From a virus (lineage: Duplodnaviria > Caudoviricetes), in IMG/VR virus record IMGVR_UViG_3300012953_000068, positions 1-40,657 of that record: a stretch of DNA of 40,657 nucleotides. One strand, given 5' to 3'. This document shows, in pieces, positions 7,747-15,883 of this stretch; positions within the stretch are counted from its first letter, which is position 1, and each line of letters opens with the position of its first letter. Under the pieces are notes generated by a model that ran no database searches, was not told the origin of the DNA, and saw nothing but the letters and a program-made list of their open reading frames with translations. The translations under genes and the position numbers were made by a program.

Positions 7747-9117
7747 TCAAGAATTGACCTGTCTCCATTTTTTCTTTAAAAGATCTTTCATATCACTTTC
7801 ATCGGACTTTACAACTTCCGATAGTGACATTTCAGATGCATCTTGAACAATTTTAAGCTTGGACATTGAAGTGTCTAGATGGATTGGAAACAATATTCCA
7901 TCTCGACCTGCTCTATTTTTTGCAATAAAAAGCCTGCCAGCTCCAGTTGATTTCTCCATTGGCTTTCTAGATATTGAAAGAACAACGTCTGCAACCATGG
8001 CCTTTCCATAAGCCTCGGACATATTCTCCAAGCCCACGACAGAAGCATTTGACGCCTCTCGGTTTGCCTGAGATGCTGTCCACACGGGGATGTTCATGTC
8101 CATTGCAAGATTTCTCAATTCTTCGTAAACAAGCTTTAGCTCATGCCTTAATGAATCATATGACCTAGAAGATCTCATAATATCAGCATAGTCAATTACA
8201 ATTAGGCTAGGGACAAATCCTTTTAACAGTAATTTTTCAATATGATTTCTAATTGTCATTACGGTTGCTGATCCTGTAGGATACTCTTTGATAATTAGCC
8301 TTCCTAGATCTTGATCCTCATAAGTTTTGATGACATCATCTTTCTTTTCAACAACTTCATTGCTAGGTATGTTGCAAAGATTACTATCATATCTTAGACC
8401 AACTGCTCTTTCAGAAAGCTCGAATGTGTAGTGGATTACATTTTTTCCCACCTTTAGGGCTTCACACCCTACGTGAACTAGAAAGTGTGATTTTCCTACT
8501 CCCGTGGGAGCTGTAATAACACCGATCTCGCCTCTTCCTAGGCCGCCGTTTAAAATATCTTTTTTATCAATTTGCTGAAGGCCTGTGGGACAAGTAGATC
8601 TTGCAATATGAGTAAATCTTGTCTCGTAGTCATTAAAAAAATCATGACCTAGAGTTGCGGGAGAACCTCTAGAGATTGCATCTTTCATTAAAGTAACTAC
8701 AGAGTCATACTTCTCTGTAGCTATAAGGTCAACAGCTTGCTCTAGTGCATCTTTTAAAGATTGCTTCTTGCAAAAATCAAGGCTTTTTTCTTTTACAAAG
8801 CAAAGATCCCCAATATCTGGATTTGTTTTAACTCTGTGTAAAAACTCAACAATTTGATCTCTTAGTATGACGTCATTGCCCTGATGCAAGTCATCTCTAA
8901 CGATCGTTATAAGCAACGGAAGGGTTGGGAAGCACTTGTATTTCTGATAGTATGAAAAATATTTGGTTGTTAAATATTTCAAATATTCTTTCTCAAAGTA
9001 CGAGGGGGTCATAATTTCAATCATTTGAGCAGCCCAATTGGAATCTGCTATAAAGGCTTGAAATATTTTTTCTTGAAATGACTTTCCGTACTTTCCAAAA
9101 TATGCTTCTTCTTTCAT
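7747..9117 (-). CDS. Replicative DnaB/T4 gp41-like SF4 helicase
   Basis: Walker A APTGVGKS, YTFEL, IIKEYPTG, Walker B IVIDYAD, WTASQANR, AKNRAG. Confidence 0.9.
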   Translation of the reverse strand: MKEEAYFGKYGKSFQEKIFQAFIADSNWAAQMIEIMTPSYFEKEYLKYLTTKYFSYYQKYKCFPTLPLLITIVRDDLHQGNDVILRDQIVEFLHRVKTNPDIGDLCFVKEKSLDFCKKQSLKDALEQAVDLIATEKYDSVVTLMKDAISRGSPATLGHDFFNDYETRFTHIARSTCPTGLQQIDKKDILNGGLGRGEIGVITAPTGVGKSHFLVHVGCEALKVGKNVIHYTFELSERAVGLRYDSNLCNIPSNEVVEKKDDVIKTYEDQDLGRLIIKEYPTGSATVMTIRNHIEKLLLKGFVPSLIVIDYADIMRSSRSYDSLRHELKLVYEELRNLAMDMNIPVWTASQANREASNASVVGLENMSEAYGKAMVADVVLSISRKPMEKSTGAGRLFIAKNRAGRDGILFPIHLDTSMSKLKIVQDASEMSLSEVVKSDESDMKDLLKKKWRQVNS

Positions 9118-9128
9118 TTACACTTCTC

Positions 9129-10076
9129 TTATTTAAGGAATTTTGTTGATAAAAAAACTCTATCTATATCGATGTTTTGAATAGAATGGTTTTTTAAGAT
9201 TTTAAGTATTTTCATTTTATTTGGTGTAGGGCCAAAAGTATCAACAGAACTGTTTATTTTACAAATTTGGCTATGAGACAAATTGTTCGTATCAAGATTA
9301 ATTAATTTCCAATTTCGCCTTATGACATCTTCAGATTCTAGGATACTCTTGTATACTTTAACCTTAGAGCCACTTTCTATCTCTCTCTTGCAATGATTGA
9401 TAAGTTCAGAAATTGTAAAAAAATTATTTTCTTCTAGTTTTGGAAATCTTTTTGCTATAGTTTTAAATCCCGCGCCTTTAACTCCGGGAATATTATCCGA
9501 AGAATCTCCGCAGATTGCTTTTCCTAGACAAAAGTTCTGAGATGATATTTTAAACTTTTCTTGAACTTCTTGAAAAGAGACAAACTTTTTCCAAGTTGGT
9601 GAGTATATGATAGTTTTCTTGTCAAGAAGTTGATAAAAATCTTTATCTGAAGAAACAATAACTTTTCTCTGGTCACTCAACCTGTACTTGCAAAGGTATC
9701 CGATAACATCATCGGCTTCACAATCTGGAACGTATACCTGTACGATTGGAAGACTGGATATAAGTGATATCAGGACACTTATTTGAGAATTTCTATTTTC
9801 AATTGTATTGGGAATATCTTCGCCGTAATATCTGTTAAGCTTCTGAGGTTTTCTTCCTGATTTGTAATTTTTAAAGATCGCTCTTTTCCTAGCAGAGCCA
9901 CCAGACTCCCAGACTACAATCACTCTATCGGGTGAAAATCTTTCTGCTAACGAAGAGATAGCAACTAGTGTACCTGTAATTCCACCTACAGATTCACCAT
10001 TCTTATTGGTAGAAGGGTTTGCAATATAATGACGAGTAAATAAATTTAAACCATCGACTATCAAGCAGGTTTTCAT
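9129..10076 (-). CDS. 5'-3' exonuclease / flap endonuclease (T4 RNase H-like)
   Basis: LIVDG, EADDVIG, SSDKDF, GDSSDNIPGVKGAGFKT (H3TH motif). Confidence 0.9.
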   Translation of the reverse strand: MKTCLIVDGLNLFTRHYIANPSTNKNGESVGGITGTLVAISSLAERFSPDRVIVVWESGGSARKRAIFKNYKSGRKPQKLNRYYGEDIPNTIENRNSQISVLISLISSLPIVQVYVPDCEADDVIGYLCKYRLSDQRKVIVSSDKDFYQLLDKKTIIYSPTWKKFVSFQEVQEKFKISSQNFCLGKAICGDSSDNIPGVKGAGFKTIAKRFPKLEENNFFTISELINHCKREIESGSKVKVYKSILESEDVIRRNWKLINLDTNNLSHSQICKINSSVDTFGPTPNKMKILKILKNHSIQNIDIDRVFLSTKFLK

Positions 10077-10078
10077 TA

Positions 10079-11248
10079 TTATTCAAGCCCACCAAGCTCC
10101 ATTTCCATAACAGCTGCTTCAACTTCAGAAAGAGAATCAACATCTATTTCAGGATCTTGTTGTAATTTTCTCACCATAGCTTTTTCAAGCAATATATCAA
10201 CGTATCTGGAATATTCTGGATCTGACATAATTTCATTAAATTGTGACTTATAGAACTTTTTCTCCACTAAAACTTCTCCCGTAGCAGTATTTACAACGGA
10301 AAAGTTTTTCCAAGATCCAGTGCCAGAAACAGATATCTCTTGACCCTCTATGTTCTCTGGGCCGTGCTTTCGAAGAAGATCAAAAACTTGCTCGTGCTCT
10401 ACAATTCCCTTTCCAAAATGAATTTCAAAATTAACAGATCTAAAAGGAGGTGCAACCTTGTTCTTAATTGTTTTTGCAGAGACATTGATACCGATGACCT
10501 CTTTATCTTTGTTAGTTATCTGCTGGCCGGCCCCCAGCTTAATTCGTACAGATGAGTGAAAAGGGATTGCCTTACCCCCGGGTGTAGTAGTAGGATCGCC
10601 ATACATAACTCCGATTTTAGTCCTAATTTGATTTAAACAGATAAGCAAAACATTCTCGTTAGCAATGACTCCGGTAATCTTTCGCATACCCTTTGAGATT
10701 GCACGTGCTTGCAAGCCAATAGATTCTTTATCATAATCTCCAATAAGCTCTGCCTTTGGAGAAGATGCTGCCACAGAATCCCAGATAATAGTAACTGGAA
10801 CATCTTTGTTCATAGCTTTGGCTTTTACAATGGTTGACTCTGCAATAGAAAGAACCTCCTCTGTACAGTGCGTGTCAACATATACAAATCTTTTTGTAAT
10901 ATCGACACCAAGAAGGCCTAGATTTTCAACAGAAGTTGCATTCTCAGTATCAATATAAACTACAATTCCGCCCATTTGTTGTGTGGATCTTGCAATCTGA
11001 ATTGCAATGTGAGATTTACCGATGCTAGGGGGACCAAAGATCTCAACAATTCGACCTTCTGGCAAGCCTCCGTCAGGTCGATTAGCTATGATGTAATCAA
11101 GCTGTCTAGATCCTGTACTTATCCATCTATTAACATGAGTCGGTGACTCATCTATGGAAAGGTTGTAAGCAACTCTCTGACCGTGGTCTTTATTTAGAGA
11201 TTTTATAAGATCCTGAGTGAAATCTTCAGATGTACTTTCTTTTGGCAT
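10079..11248 (-). CDS. recA: RecA/UvsX-family recombinase
   Basis: ISTGS, GGLPEGRIVEIFGPPSIGKS, IDTE, IWDSVAA, LNQIR, TPGGKAIPF, KNKVAPPF. ATG 11248 follows an AAGGTG RBS. Confidence 0.92.
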   Translation of the reverse strand: MPKESTSEDFTQDLIKSLNKDHGQRVAYNLSIDESPTHVNRWISTGSRQLDYIIANRPDGGLPEGRIVEIFGPPSIGKSHIAIQIARSTQQMGGIVVYIDTENATSVENLGLLGVDITKRFVYVDTHCTEEVLSIAESTIVKAKAMNKDVPVTIIWDSVAASSPKAELIGDYDKESIGLQARAISKGMRKITGVIANENVLLICLNQIRTKIGVMYGDPTTTPGGKAIPFHSSVRIKLGAGQQITNKDKEVIGINVSAKTIKNKVAPPFRSVNFEIHFGKGIVEHEQVFDLLRKHGPENIEGQEISVSGTGSWKNFSVVNTATGEVLVEKKFYKSQFNEIMSDPEYSRYVDILLEKAMVRKLQQDPEIDVDSLSEVEAAVMEMELGGLE

Positions 11249-11271
11249 TTTCACCTTCTTTTTATAAGTCT

Positions 11272-11300
11272 AGTATACTGCAAGACTAGCTTGTGTACAA
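11272..11300 (-). promoter_or_regulatory. Sigma70-like promoter for the recA-nuclease-helicase block (TTGTAC-17 nt-TATACT)
   Basis: -35 at 11295-11300, -10 at 11272-11277, exact 17-nt spacer, immediately after the SSB terminator. Confidence 0.65.
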
Positions 11301-11325
11301 AAAACGGCACCAAGCGGTGCCGTTT
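11299..11325 (-). terminator. Rho-independent terminator after SSB gene
   Basis: AAACGGCACC-GCTT-GGTGCCGTTT stem-loop running into a T6 tract on the - strand. Confidence 0.85.
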
Positions 11326-11349
11326 ATTTATATGTTTTAAGCTATATCT

Positions 11350-12129
11350 CTATTCGTCCATTAGATCTGCAAAGGCGTCATCTAGATTACTATATGACTT
11401 TCCTTCACCTTCTGAGGTCGAGCTGTTTCCTGATGCTGCAGGAATATTGTCAAAACCATCTGATGCTGTATTTTCGCCTTCAGAGACCCAGTCATTGACA
11501 ATTTTCGAAAGCTCATCGTATGTCTTGCACTGATAAATATCATCAAGGTTTGGAATGTTTCCAATCCACTCAGACGCCTGATCACTGCTGTCTGAAAGAT
11601 TTGACTCTTTGCCTCGAGGCCTTACTTCAGTCATTGCCCATTTTCGGCCTGGCTGCTTTACGCAAGAAACCTTGATATCACGACCTGTCTTTGGATCTGT
11701 AATATCTCCATAATCTTCATCAAGCATCAACCCTAGAAGAGCCTGGTATACGGTCTTTCCAAAGCCCCAGATCTGGACACCCTTATCCTCCTCGCCTCGA
11801 ACAATAACCGGTGCGTAAGTTCGCATTTTAGGATAGAGCTTCTTGGCTAGCTCATAGGACTCTTTGGAGCCGTCCTCTCTAAGAGTTGTAATTAGCTCCT
11901 GGATTGGGTCTGGGTTTCCAAACTGATTAGGCGCCAGTAGTCCTCTATTATTACCTATTCCGTAATAGAACCACATCTCTCGAAAGGGCTGTCCGTCATT
12001 ATCTGGAAATGAAAGAAGACGAACGATGTGCTCTTCTCCCTCTGTCGGCTTCCACATTACTGATCTGTTTCGTGTAGCTCCACTAAGCCGATCAAGCTTT
12101 TTTCTAATTGCTTCAAAGTCAATTGCCAT
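11350..12129 (-). CDS. Single-stranded DNA-binding protein (T4 gp32-like)
   Basis: WKPTEGEEHIVRLL, GVQIWGFGK, DITDPKTGRD and an acidic C-terminal tail LDDAFADLMDE. Adjacent to the recombinase. ATG 12129 follows GGAG. Confidence 0.8.
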   Translation of the reverse strand: MAIDFEAIRKKLDRLSGATRNRSVMWKPTEGEEHIVRLLSFPDNDGQPFREMWFYYGIGNNRGLLAPNQFGNPDPIQELITTLREDGSKESYELAKKLYPKMRTYAPVIVRGEEDKGVQIWGFGKTVYQALLGLMLDEDYGDITDPKTGRDIKVSCVKQPGRKWAMTEVRPRGKESNLSDSSDQASEWIGNIPNLDDIYQCKTYDELSKIVNDWVSEGENTASDGFDNIPAASGNSSTSEGEGKSYSNLDDAFADLMDE

Positions 12130-12186
12130 CTTTATTTTCTCCAATGTTTAAAATGCAATATTCAATGGATTATCCACTGCATTTAT

Positions 12187-12215
12187 ATACTACAGTAAAA
12201 ATAAAAATTTTTCAA
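12187..12215 (-). promoter_or_regulatory. Sigma70-like promoter for SSB (TTGAAA-17 nt-TAGTAT)
   Basis: -35 at 12210-12215, -10 at 12187-12192, 17-nt spacer. Confidence 0.6.
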
Positions 12216-12231
12216 CAATTAAGCTAAAATA

Positions 12232-14046
12232 CTAATCTTTTTTAGGATACTTGGGACCTGTTCCTAAGGGCGTGCTGACTCCGGCAATATTAGCAACTAC
12301 GCTTTGCTCATCTACATCGTCACTATTGTCTGATGACTCTGATTTAGAATCTTGCTCTTTTCCTTCACTAAGCTTTCTTCTAATTATTCTTCTTAGAGCT
12401 TGCTCCTCTAAGTTTTTGGGTCTCGATTGATATCTCATGTAACCTGAGTCTGTTTTAACATTTACGAGATTGTCCAAGTTATATTCAGAATCTGATGAAT
12501 CTTCGTAACCTTCACCCATTTGAGGCTCTCTAAAAGACCAGCCTTCTGGCTGGGCGTATGGTGCCTCAGATAGCATTACTTCTTTTATGAGGTCAGAAAG
12601 TAGTTTTCTATTTATATTCATTTTTTTCTCCATAAGTGATGACACTGCGCTTGTGTCGGGAAATATATTTGACATCTCTGTCTCTAAACCGTCTCTTATG
12701 TCTGACTCGACTCTGTCTAGAAGATCAGAGACAATAGAGTCATAATTTCCACTAGCAAGTCTTGATCTTGCTTCAGAAACTTCAAGACCGTCTATCTTTG
12801 ACTTGCTTGGGTCATATTTAAATTCACCCTGTGGACTGGTAGATTTAAATTCTTCTAGCTGTAGCAAAGCGTCATCAATTAATTCTGCTGCAACAACTAA
12901 ATTTCGAACAGAGCCCCAGAGAACATTAAAGTAATATGTTTTATCAATATCAAAAACATCAGTTACCTCTGTATCTTCGAGACTTACAGCAAACTTAAAT
13001 ACAGGGCTTAATAATATCTCTGATTTAATTGCTGATTTAAGAACAGAGCTTCCAGCTCCAGAAAGACCAACTGCACTTGAGACAGCGGGAGCTTTTGCCT
13101 TAGTTAAGAGACGGCCTGCTGCGGCAACAATGCCTCTCGCTGCACCAACAAACGGAATAAGATATACTGTTGCCTGAAGTAGATCAATATAATCATCAAA
13201 AGTTTCAGCTGTTGCTCGCTGAAGACTTTCTATATCTTCTTCAGTACCATTGACAAGAAGTTCATCAAACTCTCTTCTCATCCTGTCGTTATCACCCTGT
13301 AACTCTCCGATATTGTACAGTACATATCCCGCTGCTATTGGCGTACCGATAACAGGAATACCGGCTGCTGTCAAGGCTAGAAAGTCTCTTCCGACCTCTA
13401 GGGCTACATCTTTTATAGCACTAGGCTCAACAGAGCTTCCCGTTAAATCTTCTACCTTCTGTGCAAGTAGATTATAAGCAGGTTCTCCAATTTCTCGAGC
13501 TCTGTCTACAATGTCAGAAATATACTCACCCCCGGTTTCAATTGCAGAGTCTACAAAGGGTTCGAGCCTGTCTGGAATGAAATCATCGATCTCCAGTCTC
13601 TCAAAATCTATCTGCTCAGAAAGATCTTTGGAAATATTAAGCAAAGAGTACTTGGAGTCTACAACTATCTTATTTTCATTAAAATAGCTCATTTTCTTTC
13701 TCTCCTGAGATTTACTTACATAAGTATCTAGATCGTCCTCTTCTTGCATGCTTTGATTAGGAAACATTTCTCTGTGCTGAGAGTCGTATAGATCTCTATC
13801 TTCTCCCTTATTGACTCTTGACATGCTTAAGCTTGACCAGCCAGCATCAGCTGGCATTGATGGTCTACCTTTTGTTAGATACCAAGGGGTTCTGTTTTTA
13901 CCTATCTTCTCTTTGTAATCATCACCGCCAAAAATTGCGCCAGCGACTGGGATGCCTATTCCACGTGCTGACCACACACCTTGATTGGTAACATTCTTCA
14001 TGCTGCTAGCATATTTTTTTAAAAATTCTTTCTTTTTCGTACTCAT
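12232..14046 (-). CDS. Hypothetical 604-aa acidic modular protein, possibly head-packaged
   Basis: Long intact ORF preceded by the ATANTTAW motif. Contains LSDLIKEVMLSE and LRRIIRRKLSE helices and a central Gly/Ala-rich hydrophobic region. No family recognised. Confidence 0.6.
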   Translation of the reverse strand: MSTKKKEFLKKYASSMKNVTNQGVWSARGIGIPVAGAIFGGDDYKEKIGKNRTPWYLTKGRPSMPADAGWSSLSMSRVNKGEDRDLYDSQHREMFPNQSMQEEDDLDTYVSKSQERKKMSYFNENKIVVDSKYSLLNISKDLSEQIDFERLEIDDFIPDRLEPFVDSAIETGGEYISDIVDRAREIGEPAYNLLAQKVEDLTGSSVEPSAIKDVALEVGRDFLALTAAGIPVIGTPIAAGYVLYNIGELQGDNDRMRREFDELLVNGTEEDIESLQRATAETFDDYIDLLQATVYLIPFVGAARGIVAAAGRLLTKAKAPAVSSAVGLSGAGSSVLKSAIKSEILLSPVFKFAVSLEDTEVTDVFDIDKTYYFNVLWGSVRNLVVAAELIDDALLQLEEFKSTSPQGEFKYDPSKSKIDGLEVSEARSRLASGNYDSIVSDLLDRVESDIRDGLETEMSNIFPDTSAVSSLMEKKMNINRKLLSDLIKEVMLSEAPYAQPEGWSFREPQMGEGYEDSSDSEYNLDNLVNVKTDSGYMRYQSRPKNLEEQALRRIIRRKLSEGKEQDSKSESSDNSDDVDEQSVVANIAGVSTPLGTGPKYPKKD

Positions 14047-14054
14047 CTCATAGA

Positions 14055-14062
14055 ATAATTAT
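14055..14062 (-). promoter_or_regulatory. Putative late promoter motif ATAATTAT
   Basis: ATANTTAW match 8 nt upstream of ATG 14046. Confidence 0.55.
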
Positions 14063-14069
14063 CTAGCTT

Positions 14070-14648
14070 CTAAGAGGTTGACTTGTGAATTACAAGAGAT
14101 TTTGCTTTCTGCAAAAGAAGTGCTATGCTTGGCTCAGAACCTACGTAGAATCTATTTTCTTCATAGTGTGATCCGGGTGCTATTTGAATAGCTATCCACT
14201 CGTCTTGAGATAGCTTAATTCCAAAGCGCTGAAGAAGCTGTAGTGTCCTATGAGAAACAGACATTTTCTGAAGATTTTCGTTATACTTGTAGTTTTGACC
14301 CAGCTTTTCTCTGTGCCAGTCTGAGTCTTGCTCAATAAAAAGGCTAGACTCTTCATCACCTATCTTCCCTATCTCGTGTAGCAGTGCCACTTTTAGAATT
14401 GATGATGTAGAAACTCCCATATTTACCGCCTCATTAATTGATTTCATTGTGTACGCAACTTTCACTGCATGCTCTACTAAGCCGCCAGGATGTGAGCCAT
14501 ACTCGCTCTCTCTTTGTGATGCTGGGCACATCAGAAGTCTTTCGTCCATAAACTCAAGAAACATATTTATATTTTCGTCATTAAGCTTCTCGCATAGGGT
14601 TCTATATTTATCCCAATTTGATTTCATATTTTCTAACTGTGTAGTCAA
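14070..14648 (-). CDS. HD-fold protein (YhaM-like HD subgroup) with degenerate metal-binding motifs
   Basis: CPAS...HPGGLVEH and ALLHEIGK (HD changed to HE); the later His and Asp ligands appear replaced. TTG start overlaps the polymerase stop (TTGA) and has an AAGGAG RBS. Confidence 0.75.
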   Translation of the reverse strand: MTTQLENMKSNWDKYRTLCEKLNDENINMFLEFMDERLLMCPASQRESEYGSHPGGLVEHAVKVAYTMKSINEAVNMGVSTSSILKVALLHEIGKIGDEESSLFIEQDSDWHREKLGQNYKYNENLQKMSVSHRTLQLLQRFGIKLSQDEWIAIQIAPGSHYEENRFYVGSEPSIALLLQKAKSLVIHKSTS

Positions 14649-15829
14649 TTTATCTCCTTTATCTTGACTGGAAAGATTGTTTTGGTTACAGGTGATCTAA
14701 AGCCATTTTTGCAAACCTCTTTTAGCTTTCTCATATCTTGTGAGCTAACATCAAGAATGATTGCATCGTGTATAAAATATAAGGGAGTGGCTTGAATATC
14801 TGATTTTCTAATTTTACTAATCAGCGACTCAAATACGTCAAAAGATACATCTACGGCAGAAGATTGTATTAAGTGATTTAGACTTGGAAACTCGGAGAAT
14901 ATTCTTCTTCCGTGTGTATTTGTAATGTAGCCGGCACTGTCATGCTGATCTTTTAGCATTTTTTCAATATGTCTAACACCAAAGTACTCTCTCACCCTAT
15001 CCAGGACCATAGTTGAACTTACAGCATCTGGAAGGTGTGACTTTAATGTGTGGTGTGATGCTCCGTAGAGAGCAGCAAGAGTTGCAACTTTAATTGCATC
15101 TCTAGTTACTGTCATGTTTAGAGATGACAAAACATCTGCATAGACGTCTCCTGAAACTGTCTTTCCAAACAGAGAGAGTGCAACCCTAGGCTCAGCTGAT
15201 TGGAGATCGATCTCTACTATCTTACCGTTGCTGTAATTAGACTTTAGTATTTTTCGATTCTCTCTCTTCAATGTCAAAATATTAGGTCCGGATTCCACTG
15301 TCATTCGACCAGTTACAGTCTTTGAAAAAGAGTATCTACTAACAGGGGCGAAACCGCTTGTGTCAGGTAGAAATTTCTTTAATACAGCAGCTTGTGCATC
15401 CTTAGATGACTCAATCTTTTTTCTTAGAATATCCTCTCTTATTCCAGCTTTTGAAATGCTTCTAGAAAGCTCTCTGTTCCTTAGAAATGTTGTAACATAG
15501 TAACTGTTATCCGAATCTTTAAAGTACAACCAGAGCTGATTGACAAGGTCAGAAACATACTTTTTCCATACATTGAAGGGCATAAGGTGTTGCCACCTGG
15601 GATTTCCCGATGCCTGGACCTGAGACTGTGCAATTCCCCAGGGCGTTTTGTGAAAATTAATAACTTCAAGATTTCCTGCAGCTGCTGACTCTCTCAGGTC
15701 TTGCTTAAGCCCATCAAACCCCCAGAGAATATCATCGCTAGAAAAACTATTTACCCATGACCAGTTTTTACCGTCATACGAGAGGTGATGTGCTGTGCCT
15801 ATTTCGCTTTTAGAAATTACAAGCTTCAT
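14645..15829 (-). CDS. Minimal family-A DNA polymerase-like protein (palm and fingers)
   Basis: TVTGRM...GPNIL, motif A EIDLQSAEPR, motif B RDAIKVATLAALYG, THGRR, NHLIQSSAVD, motif C FIHDAIILD. Only 394 aa. Confidence 0.82.
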   Translation of the reverse strand: MKLVISKSEIGTAHHLSYDGKNWSWVNSFSSDDILWGFDGLKQDLRESAAAGNLEVINFHKTPWGIAQSQVQASGNPRWQHLMPFNVWKKYVSDLVNQLWLYFKDSDNSYYVTTFLRNRELSRSISKAGIREDILRKKIESSKDAQAAVLKKFLPDTSGFAPVSRYSFSKTVTGRMTVESGPNILTLKRENRKILKSNYSNGKIVEIDLQSAEPRVALSLFGKTVSGDVYADVLSSLNMTVTRDAIKVATLAALYGASHHTLKSHLPDAVSSTMVLDRVREYFGVRHIEKMLKDQHDSAGYITNTHGRRIFSEFPSLNHLIQSSAVDVSFDVFESLISKIRKSDIQATPLYFIHDAIILDVSSQDMRKLKEVCKNGFRSPVTKTIFPVKIKEIN

Positions 15830-15835
15830 AGAAAA

Positions 15836-15864
15836 ATTATAAATTAAAAATAATATATTTTTAA
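15836..15864 (-). promoter_or_regulatory. Sigma70-like promoter (TTAAAA-17 nt-TATAAT), probably giving a leaderless mRNA for the mini-polymerase
   Basis: Perfect -10 at 15836-15841 ends 6 nt before the ATG, and there is no SD. The region is AT-rich, so the -35 call is weak. Confidence 0.55.
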
Positions 15865-15883
15865 GATTATTTTCTAGAGTCTG

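Noticed and set aside
1755-11248. Bacterial chromosome segment (cysK, clpP, iscU, nrdJ, recA)
   Set aside because: These genes lack their bacterial operon partners (iscS/iscA/hscBA, clpX/tig, recX) and are interleaved with gp32-like, gp41-like and endolysin genes.
5209-11248. Inteins or introns in RNR, helicase or RecA
   Set aside because: Lengths are normal, motifs are contiguous, and no intein termini or LAGLIDADG/HNH motifs were seen.
11267-11290. LexA/SOS box at the recA promoter
   Set aside because: Only short palindromes (AGTATACT, CTAGT...ACTAG) are present, and they do not match CTGT-N8-ACAG or other LexA boxes I know.
12180-12187. T4-type late promoter TATAAATA upstream of SSB
   Set aside because: It reads TATAAATG, overlaps a better sigma70-like promoter, and TATAAATA was not seen before the structural genes.
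14070-15829. 2-aminoadenine (Z-genome) system, DpoZ plus DatZ
   Set aside because: No PurZ or MazZ in the window, the HD metal site is degenerate, and the polymerase is far smaller than DpoZ and lacks an exonuclease domain.
14645-15829. Polymerase pseudogene, or a gene split by an intron or intein
   Set aside because: The ORF is uninterrupted, catalytic motifs are intact, it has its own promoter, and no missing fragment or homing endonuclease is adjacent. A deletion relative to relatives cannot be excluded without comparison.
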